A stretch of 64,000 nucleotides of DNA, from assembly GCA_963730935.1 (NCBI GenBank), contig CAVSTP010000002.1, forward strand, positions 96,001-160,000. The letters are read 5' to 3'. The position numbers and the translations under genes were made by a program. The first letter of the stretch is position 1. Each line of letters begins with the position of its first letter. Below are positions 1-9,135 of this stretch, piece by piece. The notes below the pieces were generated by a model. That model worked only from the letters and a program-made list of their open reading frames with translations. It was not told the origin of the DNA and did no database searches. The DNA comes from an uncultured Nitrospiraceae bacterium. Its GTDB lineage: Bacteria; Nitrospirota; Nitrospiria; Nitrospirales; Nitrospiraceae.

Positions 1-54
1 GGCTGGAAACCCGCGTATAACCATGGCCCTTGCAGTCGTATGAGATGCGGCGAG

Positions 55-83
55 AGCTTAGCGCAGTAGGGCAATTTTCACAA
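55..83 (-). promoter_or_regulatory. Candidate sigma70 promoter (TTGTGA-N17-TAAGCT) for the gene downstream of rpmF, which lies off-window
   Basis: Minus strand reads TTGTGA (83-78), a 17-nt spacer, then TAAGCT (60-55). Confidence 0.35.
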
Positions 84-169
84 CGGACGGGTACGGCGAC
101 GGCGCACCGGACGCCCGACCGCTTCGAATGCGCTTCAGTCGAACGCCGAAGCCTGGGCGGGCGGACCGT

Positions 170-355
170 TTAGACTTCTTCGACCTGAATGACGGCCTTG
201 CCCTTATAGGTCCCGCAATTCAGACAGGTGTAATGGGGAAGCTTGAGTTCGTGACATTGCGGACAGACCGACATCCCCGGCGGGGTGACCCGCAGTTTCT
301 GCGTCCGGCGCTTGTCGCGTCTGGCTCGTGAATGTTTATGCTTTGGATTGGGCAT
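170..355 (-). CDS. rpmF: 50S ribosomal protein L32 (zinc-binding form)
   Basis: MPNPKHKHSRARRDKRR...CPQC...PHYTCLNCGTYKG; GGAGG RBS; follows yceD. Confidence 0.97.
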   Translation of the reverse strand: MPNPKHKHSRARRDKRRTQKLRVTPPGMSVCPQCHELKLPHYTCLNCGTYKGKAVIQVEEV

Positions 356-412
356 GGTTCCTCCTCCAACAGCCGGTCATCAGGGGCCGTGTGACCTCCA
401 TCGGCTGACTCA

Positions 413-1000
413 TCAATTTTTTGAGGTTCGGATGACCCGAATCGCCGTCGAAGGCGCTTCCGCAGGACACTGACAGGGTCCTTCGTTCAAGTCCTTCCCA
501 CATCGCGCGCAGAGTCCGGCGCAATTCTCCCGACAACGCGGCTGCATCGGCGACGCGAGAATAATATGTTCTCGAAGCATTGGGGCGAGCTCGATGTGGT
601 CGCCTTGATAAAAATACCGGTCATCCCCTTCGTCTTCGACCTCGACATCTGCTTCGGTTTTTGTTGCTCCCGGCCGTCCCTTGCGAGGCTCGCCCGGTTT
701 CGATTGGCGTGCGCCGACCTTCGACTCTTTGCCTTCGCGGTCAAAAGCGGCATGCACCGAAAACGCCACCGCATCGTCGTACTCCTTTAAGCACCGAACG
801 CATTGGCGAACCACCGTGCCTTCGAGGACACCGGTCACGGCGACCATGTCATCGGCCTTCATCAAATCCAGACTGACCGAGACCGGTCCGCGGAGAATCG
901 CATCAGTTTCTGCAAGCTCCAGCTCCTCGGCCGTGACATCGCCAACCAATGAAAGCCCTGTTGCTGTAATGTCCGACACCAGCGGTGTGAGCACTCCCAT
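413..1000 (-). CDS. yceD: YceD/DUF177 family protein (start uncertain, 1000-1030)
   Basis: CVRCL and PMQPRCRENCAGLCARCGKDLN motifs; conserved position upstream of rpmF. Confidence 0.9.
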   Translation of the reverse strand: MGVLTPLVSDITATGLSLVGDVTAEELELAETDAILRGPVSVSLDLMKADDMVAVTGVLEGTVVRQCVRCLKEYDDAVAFSVHAAFDREGKESKVGARQSKPGEPRKGRPGATKTEADVEVEDEGDDRYFYQGDHIELAPMLREHIILASPMQPRCRENCAGLCARCGKDLNEGPCQCPAEAPSTAIRVIRTSKN

Positions 1001-1039
1001 CGTCATCCCTGTAAAGATAGCCATCCTCAACGTCGTTTC

Positions 1040-1309
1040 TTAGCGCTCTTCGGCGAAACTGATCAGGGCAATGTGCCGTGCCCGCTTCACCGCCGTCGTC
1101 AACTCGCGCTGGTGGCCAAGGCAATTGCCCGAAATCCGGCGCGGCACGATCCGACCGCGCTCGGTCAGAAAATTCCGCAAGAGCCCGACGTCCTTGAAAT
1201 CAATGGAGCCCTTTTCGATGCAAAACCGGCAGGGCCGGCGCCGTTGAAAAAACCGCCCTCCGCCGCCGCCATCACCCCGTCCGCCGTTCCCGCCACGTTC
1301 CCGTTCCAT
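1040..1309 (-). CDS. rpsR: 30S ribosomal protein S18
   Basis: RRRPCRFC...[25 protein letters not shown]...[15 protein letters not shown] at 1309 after GAGGGAG. Confidence 0.97.
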   Translation of the reverse strand: MERERGGNGGRGDGGGGGRFFQRRRPCRFCIEKGSIDFKDVGLLRNFLTERGRIVPRRISGNCLGHQRELTTAVKRARHIALISFAEER

Positions 1310-1323
1310 AATCTCCCTCACAG

Positions 1324-1737
1324 TTATTGCGGTTCTTCGTATTCGTAATTCGGATCCTCCTGCTGCATGGAGGTATCACTGCCGCCGGTATGGGCGCCAC
1401 CGCCGTCACCGCGTTTCGGCAAAAACGTGATCGTCTGCGCGACGACTTCGTGCTTGCTGCGCTTTTGACCGTCCTCGGTCTCCCACCGTCGCTGCTGCAG
1501 CCGTCCGTCCACGATAACGCCGTTTCCCTTGCTCAGATACTGCCCACAATGCTCGGCCTGCTTGCCGAACACGACAATGTCCACGAAACACACTTCCTCT
1601 TTCAGATCATCACCCTGTTTGTACCGCCGGCTCACCGCCAGTCCCAGGGAGGCGACCGGGGTTCCGCTCGGCGTGTACCGCAGTTCGGGATTGCGGGTGA
1701 GGTTTCCGACGAGGATGACTTTGTTAAACCCGGCCAC
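1324..1737 (-). CDS. ssb: Single-stranded DNA-binding protein
   Basis: [22 protein letters not shown]...GRLQQRRWE; acidic tail; GTG start at 1737; lies between rpsF and rpsR. Confidence 0.96.
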   Translation of the reverse strand: MAGFNKVILVGNLTRNPELRYTPSGTPVASLGLAVSRRYKQGDDLKEEVCFVDIVVFGKQAEHCGQYLSKGNGVIVDGRLQQRRWETEDGQKRSKHEVVAQTITFLPKRGDGGGAHTGGSDTSMQQEDPNYEYEEPQ

Positions 1738-2068
1738 CAGTGAACTCCTCGGACGGTGCCTCAACGCGACGCGGCACCAGTTCCTTTTCGAGATGAACCG
1801 TCAGGAACTTGATGATGTTGTCTTCCAGGCGGTAGGCGTGCTCCAGCTCGCCGACCGTATTGTTCGGCGCCTTGAAATAAAAGTACACGTACGTGCCTTT
1901 TCGCTCACGCCGCACTTCATAGGCCAGCTTCTTGCGGCCCCAATTTTCGGACTTGATGAACTGGGCGCTGGTTCTCTCAGCGACACCTTTCATCTTCTCG
2001 ATGAGCGCATTTGTCTCCTCATCGGAGACGGACGGACGAATAATGAACAGAGACTCGTAGAGCTCCAT
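1724..2068 (-). CDS. rpsF: 30S ribosomal protein S6
   Basis: MELYESLFIIRP...WGRKKLAYEV...GTY; ATG at 2068 with GGAGG RBS. Confidence 0.96.
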   Translation of the reverse strand: MELYESLFIIRPSVSDEETNALIEKMKGVAERTSAQFIKSENWGRKKLAYEVRRERKGTYVYFYFKAPNNTVGELEHAYRLEDNIIKFLTVHLEKELVPRRVEAPSEEFTGGRV

Positions 2069-2076
2069 GCAGGGAT

Positions 2077-2115
2077 CCTCCTGGACAAAGGCCCCGGAAC
2101 GCGTCCGGAGCGAGG
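2077..2115 (-). ncRNA. Putative S6:S18-binding autoregulatory leader RNA
   Basis: Minus strand CCTC-GCTCCGG-loop-CCGGGGC-C-TTTGTCCA-GGAGG: an inner hairpin plus an outer helix that pairs with the Shine-Dalgarno, the architecture of known rpsF leaders. Confidence 0.55.
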
Positions 2116-2197
2116 TGTAGGCGCAGCCGTCTAGACGGTGCGAAGCGCAGAACCTAACACAGCCCAAGCGGCTGATGCAAATAGGGTTTTTCCCGAA

Positions 2198-2235
2198 TTG
2201 ACTTCGAATCGACCGTTTGTAACCATTGGATACAA
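2198..2235 (+). promoter_or_regulatory. Candidate imuB promoter (-35 TTGACT) with a 19-bp imperfect palindrome TTGTAACCATTGGATACAA over the -10 region
   Basis: TTGACT at 2198-2203; palindrome at 2217-2235 with 8 of 9 arm positions paired. Confidence 0.45.
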
Positions 2236-2252
2236 CAAATGCCTTGTGATGC

Positions 2253-3431
2253 ATGGAACGGCAGATCGCTTGTTTGTACATTCCTTCTTTCGAAATTGCG
2301 CTGGCGCGCGCTCAAAACGCAGCACTGCGAAACCGACCGGTGGCCGTGGCCCCTGTGCACACTCCGCGGGCATTGATTCGGGAAGTTTCTCCCGAGGCAT
2401 CGGCAGAGGGTCTCCAGCCTGGCATGTCGATCGAACTGGCGCGGATGATGTGTCCGGCACTACGGATCGTGCCTCCCGACTCGTCGCGTGTGCAGGCTGC
2501 GCATCGCGAACTCGAACAGCGAGTATTCTCCTGTGCGCCGGCATGGGAATCCATTCGACCGGGCTCATTGTTTCTCGACTTCACCGGCACGACACGGCTT
2601 TTCGGTCCGCCCATCGATACTGCTACCCGCATCGGACAGGAACTGACCCGTCACCGGGGATGGGACAGCGTGATCGGATTAGCCGGCAGCAAGCTCGTCT
2701 CGCAGTTGGCTGCCGCCACGCTGAAACGGCCGCCACAAGTCCTTTGGATTCATCCCGGCTCGGAACCGCCGTTTCTGGCCCCCCTGCCGACTGTGTTGCT
2801 TCCCGGTCTCCCCCGCTGTTCGACGTCACTGATCGTCCAGCGGCTGGAGGATTTGAACCTTCGCACACTCGGTGCGATCGCCTCGGTCTCGCTGTCGCAG
2901 TTGCAAACCGTCTTCGGCACGTCCGCCACTCTCCTGCAGAACTGGGCGTTGGGCATCGATCCTTCGCCGGTTCATCCGCCGGTTGCACAGCCGATGATTG
3001 AACGGACTCTCCCCCTCGATCCTGACGAAGTGGACGATCCTCTCCTGCTCGGACGACTGTATGGACTGCTGGAAGCGCTCTGCGCCACGCTTCGGCAGCA
3101 ACAGCGGGTGTGTCGGCGACTGCGGCTTTTCCTCCGGCACAGCGACCACGTCGAGCGCACGGCACATGAACGATTGCCGCATGGCACGTGCTGGGAAGCG
3201 GATCTTCAACCGGTGCTCACCCGTCTCTTCTACCGGTGTCTGCGCCGGCGGGTACGGGTCACACGCCTGACGCTGCAGATCGATGGGCTGGAGTCGCCGG
3301 CCGAGCAACTATCGCTCTTTGACGAGGCGGCATCCGTCCCGCCCGAGTCGCATCGGCTGTCCGCGGCCCTGGATGCGATTCGAGCGAAATTCGGCGAACA
3401 TGCTTTGTGCTGGGGGAAAACTCTGCGATGA
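2253..3431 (+). CDS. imuB: ImuB-like catalytically inactive Y-family DNA polymerase
   Basis: Y-family layout (RPVAV, SPEA...G..PGM, FLDFTG) without the catalytic acidic residues; QLSLF clamp motif; ATGA overlap with dnaE2. Confidence 0.85.
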   Translation: MERQIACLYIPSFEIALARAQNAALRNRPVAVAPVHTPRALIREVSPEASAEGLQPGMSIELARMMCPALRIVPPDSSRVQAAHRELEQRVFSCAPAWESIRPGSLFLDFTGTTRLFGPPIDTATRIGQELTRHRGWDSVIGLAGSKLVSQLAAATLKRPPQVLWIHPGSEPPFLAPLPTVLLPGLPRCSTSLIVQRLEDLNLRTLGAIASVSLSQLQTVFGTSATLLQNWALGIDPSPVHPPVAQPMIERTLPLDPDEVDDPLLLGRLYGLLEALCATLRQQQRVCRRLRLFLRHSDHVERTAHERLPHGTCWEADLQPVLTRLFYRCLRRRVRVTRLTLQIDGLESPAEQLSLFDEAASVPPESHRLSAALDAIRAKFGEHALCWGKTLR

Positions 3432-6400
3432 CGCCTGTGTTCATACATCTGCACGTCCATTCCGAGTATTCGGCCATGCGCGGCGTGTCGTCGCTGGAAG
3501 CGCTGTGCCGCTCGGCCCGAGGGTGCGGATTTCCTGCCATGGCCTTGACCGATACGAATGGATTGTATGGCGCGATCAGATTTGTGGAGGAGGCCAAACA
3601 GCAGGGTCTTCGCCCCCTGCTCGGCGCCGAGTTGACGACCGCTGACCATCGGGCACTCCTCTTGGTCAAAACACCGGACGGGTACGCCTCGCTGTGTCGC
3701 CTCCTATCGGAACGGCATGGAGACCCGTCGTTCGATTTTTTCCGAGCCGTGTCGCGTTTCCGCGACGGCCTGATTGTGGCGACCGACGATGAGTCCGCCC
3801 TCCTGACATGGGCGGCGGAATCCCGTGACGATCTCTATGTGGAATTGACGCCGGGGCCGATGATGCATCACACGCTGTTGCTCAGCCGTCGCTTCGGTCT
3901 TCCCCCTGTGGCCACCAATCGCGTGTACTTTTCACGAGTTGAGGAATGCTCGACGCATCGGTTGTTGCGCGCGATCGCAATGAACACGACGCTCTCACGG
4001 CTGTCGAACGACGTGTGCGCCACACCCGCACAATGGCTGATGCCCAGCGCCCGCATGGCCCGGCACTTCCCCCACGTTCCCCAAGCGTTGGAGAACACTG
4101 TCCGCGTCGCCGAAGCCTGCCATAGCGATTGGCGTTTCAGCGACACCATTTTCCCTGCCTTCCGCCGGATGAAGGATGAGGATGCCTTTGCGCTCCTGAA
4201 AGAGAAAACCTACGAAGGAGCTCTCGGACGGTATGGCAGCCTGTCGCGCGAAGTTCGCGAACGAATCGAAAAGGAGTTGTCCGTCATCCGGCAGAAACGT
4301 TTCGCCCATTACTTTCTCGTGGTGGAGGAAATCGTCCGTCAGGCGCCCCGTACGTGCGGTAGAGGGTCGGTGGCCGCTTCGATCGTGTCCTACTGTCTCC
4401 AGATCACGCATGTCGACCCGCTCAAACATCATTTGTTCTTCGAGCGGTTTCTCAATCCCGGCCGGAAAGATCCACCCGACATCGACATTGATTTTCCGTG
4501 GGACGAGCGGGATCCGATCCTCGATTGGGTGTTCCGGCAATACGGAGAACGCCAGGCGGCCATGGTGGCGAATCAAAACAGTCTCGGCTTCCGGGCCGCG
4601 ATCCGCGAAACGGCCAAAGTCCATGGAATCCCCGCAGCGGAAATCACGGCGGTCGCCGCACGTGTCACCCGGCAAAAGGATCTTCTGCACTTTGCCGAAG
4701 CCCCGACCAACGAACAATGGGTGAACCGGCTCTGCCGGACGCTGAATCTTCACGCGCCGTGGCCGGCCATCCTCGCAGACGCCCTTCGCGCGCAAAACCA
4801 TTTTCGCCATCTTTCCATGCATTGCGGCGGGGTCGTGATCGTGCCCGACGACATCCGGCGATATGTGCCGGTCGAGTTTACCGTGAAAGGGTTGCCGGTG
4901 ATTCAGTGGGAAAAGGATCAAACAGAGGACGCGGGACTCGTCAAGATCGATCTGTTGGGAAACCGGTCGCTGGCCGTCATCCGGGACGCCATTGCCGCCG
5001 TGGCCCGTCACACGGGCCGCGTCATCGACTATGCGAGTTGGGATCCACTGGATGATAAAGCCACGCAGGACCTCATCCGACACGGCGACACCATCGGCTG
5101 TTTTTACATCGAATCTCCGGCCACCAGGCTCTTGCTCAGAAAGCTCTGGAGCGGCATGCCGTCCGACCGTCTCGCTTCGGCGGACGTCTTCGATTATCTG
5201 GTGATGGTGTCGTCGTTGGTCCGGCCAGCCGCAATCACCTTTGTGAACGACTTCATCCGGCGCGCGCATGGACAATCGCATGTCCCACTGCATCCGTTGC
5301 TCGAATCCATTTTGGAAGAGACTCATGGCATCATGGTCTATCAGGAAGACGTCACGAAGGTGGCCATGGCACTCGCCGATTTTTCCCTCGAAGATGCGGA
5401 TCAACTCCGAAAGGTCATCAGCAAGAAACATAAGCATCGGCAGCTGCGGGACTACTATCATCAGTTTTGCCGCGGTGCCGAGAACAACGGCGCTTCCCCC
5501 GCCATCATCGACAAGATCTGGACGATGATCATGAGCTTCGCCGGCTACAGTTTTTGCAAGCCCCATTCGGCCAGCTATGCCCAGGTCTCGTTCAAGTCTG
5601 CCTACCTTCGGGCGCACTATCCTGCAGAATTTATGGCAGCCGTCCTCAGCAATGAAGGCGGCTTTTATTCGACCTCTGCCTACCTTTCCGAAGCACGCCG
5701 CATGGGGCTGGCGATTCTCTCGCCGGACGTGAATGCCAGTGGCTGGGCCTATTGTGGCGAAGGAGACCGCCTGCGGATCGGCTTGATGCAAGTGAAAACC
5801 ATCCCGAAAACGCTCGGTACCGCGATCATGACAGAGCGCAACGAGAGAGGCCCCTATCGGTCATTTCAGGATTTTTTGCGACGGGTGAAGCCCGAGCCCG
5901 GGCATGCCCGCGCGCTGGTTCGCGCCGGCTGCTTGGATTCTCTCTCAGGTGAACTGACGAGGCCGGCCTTGCTGTGGCGGCTGTATGCGGGAACCGACGC
6001 GGGATCAGGTCCGCTCCCCGTCCCGGATGATTATCCGGCCTCTCAAAAGCAGGCTCATGAAATTGAGTCGTTTGGTTTTCTCGCCAGCCGCCATCCCTTA
6101 ATGCTCTACCGCAAGCCGATCGAGCGGCTGCAACCGGTACCTGCCTCGCAGATGCACCGGTATATCGGTAATCGCATCACCATGGTGGGATGGCTCATCA
6201 CGGAAAAGCCGGTTGAAACCAAACGCGGCCTGGCGATGGAATTCATCACGCTCGAGGATCACACCGCCCTCTACGACGCCACACTCTTTCCCGATGTGTA
6301 TCGACGTTGCAGCCATCTTCTTTCTTCCAACCGGGCCTACGTCGTACAGGGGCTCGTCGAAGAATCCTTCGGCGTCGTCACGCTCACGGTGCTCGATCTT

Positions 6401-6508
6401 CGCTGGCTGGAGTCCGCAACGGACGACTGCCCCCCTCTGCAACCGTGGGATGATGACTCATGCGACACCTTGCCCGGTCCACCCGCTCATTCCTCCCCGC
6501 TCAGCTAA
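3428..6508 (+). CDS. dnaE2: Error-prone DNA polymerase III alpha subunit (DnaE2/ImuC type)
   Basis: PHP HLHVHSEYS, GRGSVAAS, PPDIDIDF catalytic motif, YSFCKPHSASY, C-terminal OB fold; translationally coupled to imuB. Confidence 0.9.
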   Translation: MTPVFIHLHVHSEYSAMRGVSSLEALCRSARGCGFPAMALTDTNGLYGAIRFVEEAKQQGLRPLLGAELTTADHRALLLVKTPDGYASLCRLLSERHGDPSFDFFRAVSRFRDGLIVATDDESALLTWAAESRDDLYVELTPGPMMHHTLLLSRRFGLPPVATNRVYFSRVEECSTHRLLRAIAMNTTLSRLSNDVCATPAQWLMPSARMARHFPHVPQALENTVRVAEACHSDWRFSDTIFPAFRRMKDEDAFALLKEKTYEGALGRYGSLSREVRERIEKELSVIRQKRFAHYFLVVEEIVRQAPRTCGRGSVAASIVSYCLQITHVDPLKHHLFFERFLNPGRKDPPDIDIDFPWDERDPILDWVFRQYGERQAAMVANQNSLGFRAAIRETAKVHGIPAAEITAVAARVTRQKDLLHFAEAPTNEQWVNRLCRTLNLHAPWPAILADALRAQNHFRHLSMHCGGVVIVPDDIRRYVPVEFTVKGLPVIQWEKDQTEDAGLVKIDLLGNRSLAVIRDAIAAVARHTGRVIDYASWDPLDDKATQDLIRHGDTIGCFYIESPATRLLLRKLWSGMPSDRLASADVFDYLVMVSSLVRPAAITFVNDFIRRAHGQSHVPLHPLLESILEETHGIMVYQEDVTKVAMALADFSLEDADQLRKVISKKHKHRQLRDYYHQFCRGAENNGASPAIIDKIWTMIMSFAGYSFCKPHSASYAQVSFKSAYLRAHYPAEFMAAVLSNEGGFYSTSAYLSEARRMGLAILSPDVNASGWAYCGEGDRLRIGLMQVKTIPKTLGTAIMTERNERGPYRSFQDFLRRVKPEPGHARALVRAGCLDSLSGELTRPALLWRLYAGTDAGSGPLPVPDDYPASQKQAHEIESFGFLASRHPLMLYRKPIERLQPVPASQMHRYIGNRITMVGWLITEKPVETKRGLAMEFITLEDHTALYDATLFPDVYRRCSHLLSSNRAYVVQGLVEESFGVVTLTVLDLRWLESATDDCPPLQPWDDDSCDTLPGPPAHSSPLS

Positions 6509-6700
6509 GCATGGCACAATTGCGGGAATCCGCTGACGGCTCTACAAACACGCCACCCAAACGGTCTTTGGCGAAGGGGCCGTCCGCGCGTCAGTTATGT
6601 TTGTCGGGGAGCAACCAGCGATCAGGAAGACCTGGCAGGTCGTCCGTTTGTGGGTCCGGCGGGGAAAATTTTCGACAAGGCGCTGGAGAAGCTGGGATTG
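6460..6700 (+). pseudogene. Truncated, frameshifted UdgX/family-4 uracil-DNA glycosylase remnant
   Basis: Joining three frames gives ...MAQLRESADG / LYKHATQTVFGEGAVRASVMFVGEQP / DQEDLAGRPFVGPAGKIFDKALE / AGI; frame breaks near 6540, 6618 and 6689. Confidence 0.85.
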
Positions 6701-6738
6701 CTGCTGCGGTATCTCGAGGTAGGTCGGGTGATTCTTAC

Positions 6739-7371
6739 CTATCGGCCGCTTTCAAACCAATAGATAATTTCAAAAAGGTGGAGATCGACCCCGCGGCTCT
6801 CAGATCCGTAGATAGTCGCGTCGGAGTAATGTTGAAAATGATAGCCGGCGCCGAACGGCCCGGCGAACCGGCTGGTTGCACCCCACGTCCAAACAAACTG
6901 AAAGGGACCGCCGAAATTCTGCTCGCCAAACTTGTAGTCAGTGAGTAAGGCCACCCCGACCCCCATATCGATGGATAACAAGCCGTCCTTCCGACCAAAT
7001 ATGACATCCAAAGGCACCAGCGTGAAGACTCCGTTCGTCTCGTGAGATCCGCGGAGCACCCCCGCAGAGGTCAGCAGCCGGGTCTTGATGATCCAGCCGG
7101 TCCCGACGTTCCACTCCCAGGGAAGCCGCGCTGCTAGCGCAAGATCCACTTGGTTGAAATCAGTCTGCTGTTCTTCTCCTATGACTGAACTGCCACTAAA
7201 GCCTCCTCTCACGGCCAGGGATTCGAGCCTCAACTGTGCAGCCAGATTGGATGAACTGGTAAGGACGATCGCAGCCACCCAGCCGGCGACGATCACACGG
7301 CACAGTCTCGCACAAACAGCCATCTGACGCACGTGGCCTCTGGTATCGAACCGTTCCATACGCTCGATCAC
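6739..7371 (-). CDS. PagL-like lipid A 3-O-deacylase/acyloxyacyl hydrolase, outer-membrane beta-barrel (start uncertain)
   Basis: Signal-like N-terminus; alternating beta strands; NFGGPFQF...YHFQHYSDA motif with His-x-Ser. Confidence 0.7.
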   Translation of the reverse strand: MIERMERFDTRGHVRQMAVCARLCRVIVAGWVAAIVLTSSSNLAAQLRLESLAVRGGFSGSSVIGEEQQTDFNQVDLALAARLPWEWNVGTGWIIKTRLLTSAGVLRGSHETNGVFTLVPLDVIFGRKDGLLSIDMGVGVALLTDYKFGEQNFGGPFQFVWTWGATSRFAGPFGAGYHFQHYSDATIYGSESRGVDLHLFEIIYWFESGR

Positions 7372-8459
7372 ACGTTGAAACGGAAGTAGACGACGTCCGC
7401 TTCCTTGATCATGTAATCTTTCCCCTCTAAACGGAACAGCCCCTTTTCCTTCACCTTGGCTTCCGATCCGCAGGCCAGCAGATCATCGTAATGATAGACT
7501 TCGGCCCGGATGAAGCCACGTTCCATATCCGAGTGGATCTTGCCGGCCGCTTGAGGCGCCTTCGTGTCTTTCGGAATAGGCCAGGCACGCGATTCAGTTT
7601 CTCCGGCGGTGAAAAACGTAATGAGATCGAGCAGTGCGTATGCTTCCCGAGTCAGGCGAACGAGGCCCGACTCGGTCAATCCCATTTCGCGTAGAAAGTC
7701 CGCCCGCTCTTCGCCTGGTAACGTTGAGAGTTCGGCTTCGAGCTGTCCGCAGATCGTGACCACCCGGGCCGAGCGCTTTTCTGCGAAATCTCGGACGGTA
7801 TTGACCATCATGGCATCGGCATTCTGGCTTTCCGACACGTTGGCCACAAATAACACCGGCTTCGCGGCGAGCAACTGGCACTCATTGAGGATGAGCCGCT
7901 CCTCGGGCGTATAGCTGAGGTTGCCCAACCACTGCCCTTTGTCGAGCAGCGCCATCAGCCTCGTGAGGAATTCGACCTCAAAGGCCGCTTTTTTATCTCC
8001 GGCGCGGACCTTTTTCTCGGTTTTCTGTTTCCGGCGATCGAGTGTTTCAAGATCCGACAGCATCAGTTCGGTTTCAATGACGCCGATATCTCTCAGGGGA
8101 TTCACGCTGCCGCTCACGTGCACGACATCGCTTCCCTGAAAACACCGCACCACATGCAACAAGGCATCGACTTCCCGGATGTGTCCCAGGAATTGATTGC
8201 CCAGTCCTTCGCCCTTGCTGGCGCCTTCGACCAACCCGGCAATGTCGCGGACTTCCAGCGTGCTATACGTGGTTTTTTTGGACTTGAAGATGTCCGTCAG
8301 CGTGTGCAGACGGGGATCCGGCACCAATGCGATCCCGGTGTTGGGATCGACGGTTGCAAACGGATAGTTGGCCGCCAGCGCGCCTGCGGCGGTCAGTGCG
8401 TTGAAGACCGTCGTCTTCCCGACATTGGGCAGTCCGATCATGCCGCAGCAGAGTGCCAT
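7368..8459 (-). CDS. ychF: Redox-regulated ATPase YchF
   Basis: GLPNVGKTT, ANYPFAT, DIAGLV.GAS.GEGLGNQFL, TGS domain ending FRFNV. Confidence 0.97.
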   Translation of the reverse strand: MALCCGMIGLPNVGKTTVFNALTAAGALAANYPFATVDPNTGIALVPDPRLHTLTDIFKSKKTTYSTLEVRDIAGLVEGASKGEGLGNQFLGHIREVDALLHVVRCFQGSDVVHVSGSVNPLRDIGVIETELMLSDLETLDRRKQKTEKKVRAGDKKAAFEVEFLTRLMALLDKGQWLGNLSYTPEERLILNECQLLAAKPVLFVANVSESQNADAMMVNTVRDFAEKRSARVVTICGQLEAELSTLPGEERADFLREMGLTESGLVRLTREAYALLDLITFFTAGETESRAWPIPKDTKAPQAAGKIHSDMERGFIRAEVYHYDDLLACGSEAKVKEKGLFRLEGKDYMIKEADVVYFRFNV

Positions 8460-8548
8460 ACTTTATGCTCAATGGTGAATTATGATTGGGGGAGGAATAG
8501 GTGCTGCTGTACCAGGCAGCCCGCTCACAGGTTCAGACTTCAGATTCT

Positions 8549-9133
8549 TCATTCCTCATTGTCATCGCCGCGTTCACGGACATTGAATTGGTTCATGGCA
8601 GGCTCCGTCCCGCGGTGAATCAGCACCTCGAGGGCATCGACCGCTCGGTCGAGACAGGGCTCGATCACCTCCATCTCCTCCTTCGTGACCGTTTCCAAGA
8701 CGTAGTCCGCAGAATCCTGCCCCGGCGCCGGACGCCCAATGCCGATTTTGACTCTGACGAATTGAGCAGTTCCCAGCGCGTCGATCACCGATTTGATGCC
8801 GTTGTGACCGCCGTGCCCTCCGGCCTGCTTGATGCGCAGGCGGCCCGGCTCCAGATCCAGATCGTCATGCACGAGAATGAGATCGTCCGTGGTGAGCTGG
8901 TACTCGCGGAGAAGACCTTTGAGCGGCGCGCCCGTCACGTTCATGAAATCAAGCGTGCCCGCCAGTTCGATCAGTTGGGAGCCGTGGCGAACGGACGCTC
9001 GCTGAGCCGTTCCGCGCCTGACAAGACGACCCGCCCATCGTGCCGCAGCCCGTTCCACAACCCACATGCCGGCGTTGTGACGGGTCTGGGCATAGGCCGC
9101 GCCAGGGTTGCCCAGTCCTACGATGAGGCGCAA
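8549..9133 (-). CDS. pth: Peptidyl-tRNA hydrolase
   Basis: LIVGLGNPG..Y..TRHNAG; HDDLDL; GGHNGIKS. Confidence 0.96.
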   Translation of the reverse strand: MRLIVGLGNPGAAYAQTRHNAGMWVVERAAARWAGRLVRRGTAQRASVRHGSQLIELAGTLDFMNVTGAPLKGLLREYQLTTDDLILVHDDLDLEPGRLRIKQAGGHGGHNGIKSVIDALGTAQFVRVKIGIGRPAPGQDSADYVLETVTKEEMEVIEPCLDRAVDALEVLIHRGTEPAMNQFNVRERGDDNEE

Positions 9134-9135
9134 CG

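Noticed and set aside
3995..5791. 598-aa antisense ORF within dnaE2, and similar shadows over pth, pilC, ftsZ, murC, murG and the RND gene
   Set aside because: Typical stop-poor antisense frames of GC-rich genes; no recognisable motifs or RBS
6460..6948. 162-aa plus-strand ORF as a real gene
   Set aside because: The 5' part belongs to the frameshifted UdgX remnant and the 3' part is antisense to the PagL-like gene
2138..7371. Mobile element carrying imuB-dnaE2
   Set aside because: No integrase or transposase, terminal repeats or obvious compositional shift were seen
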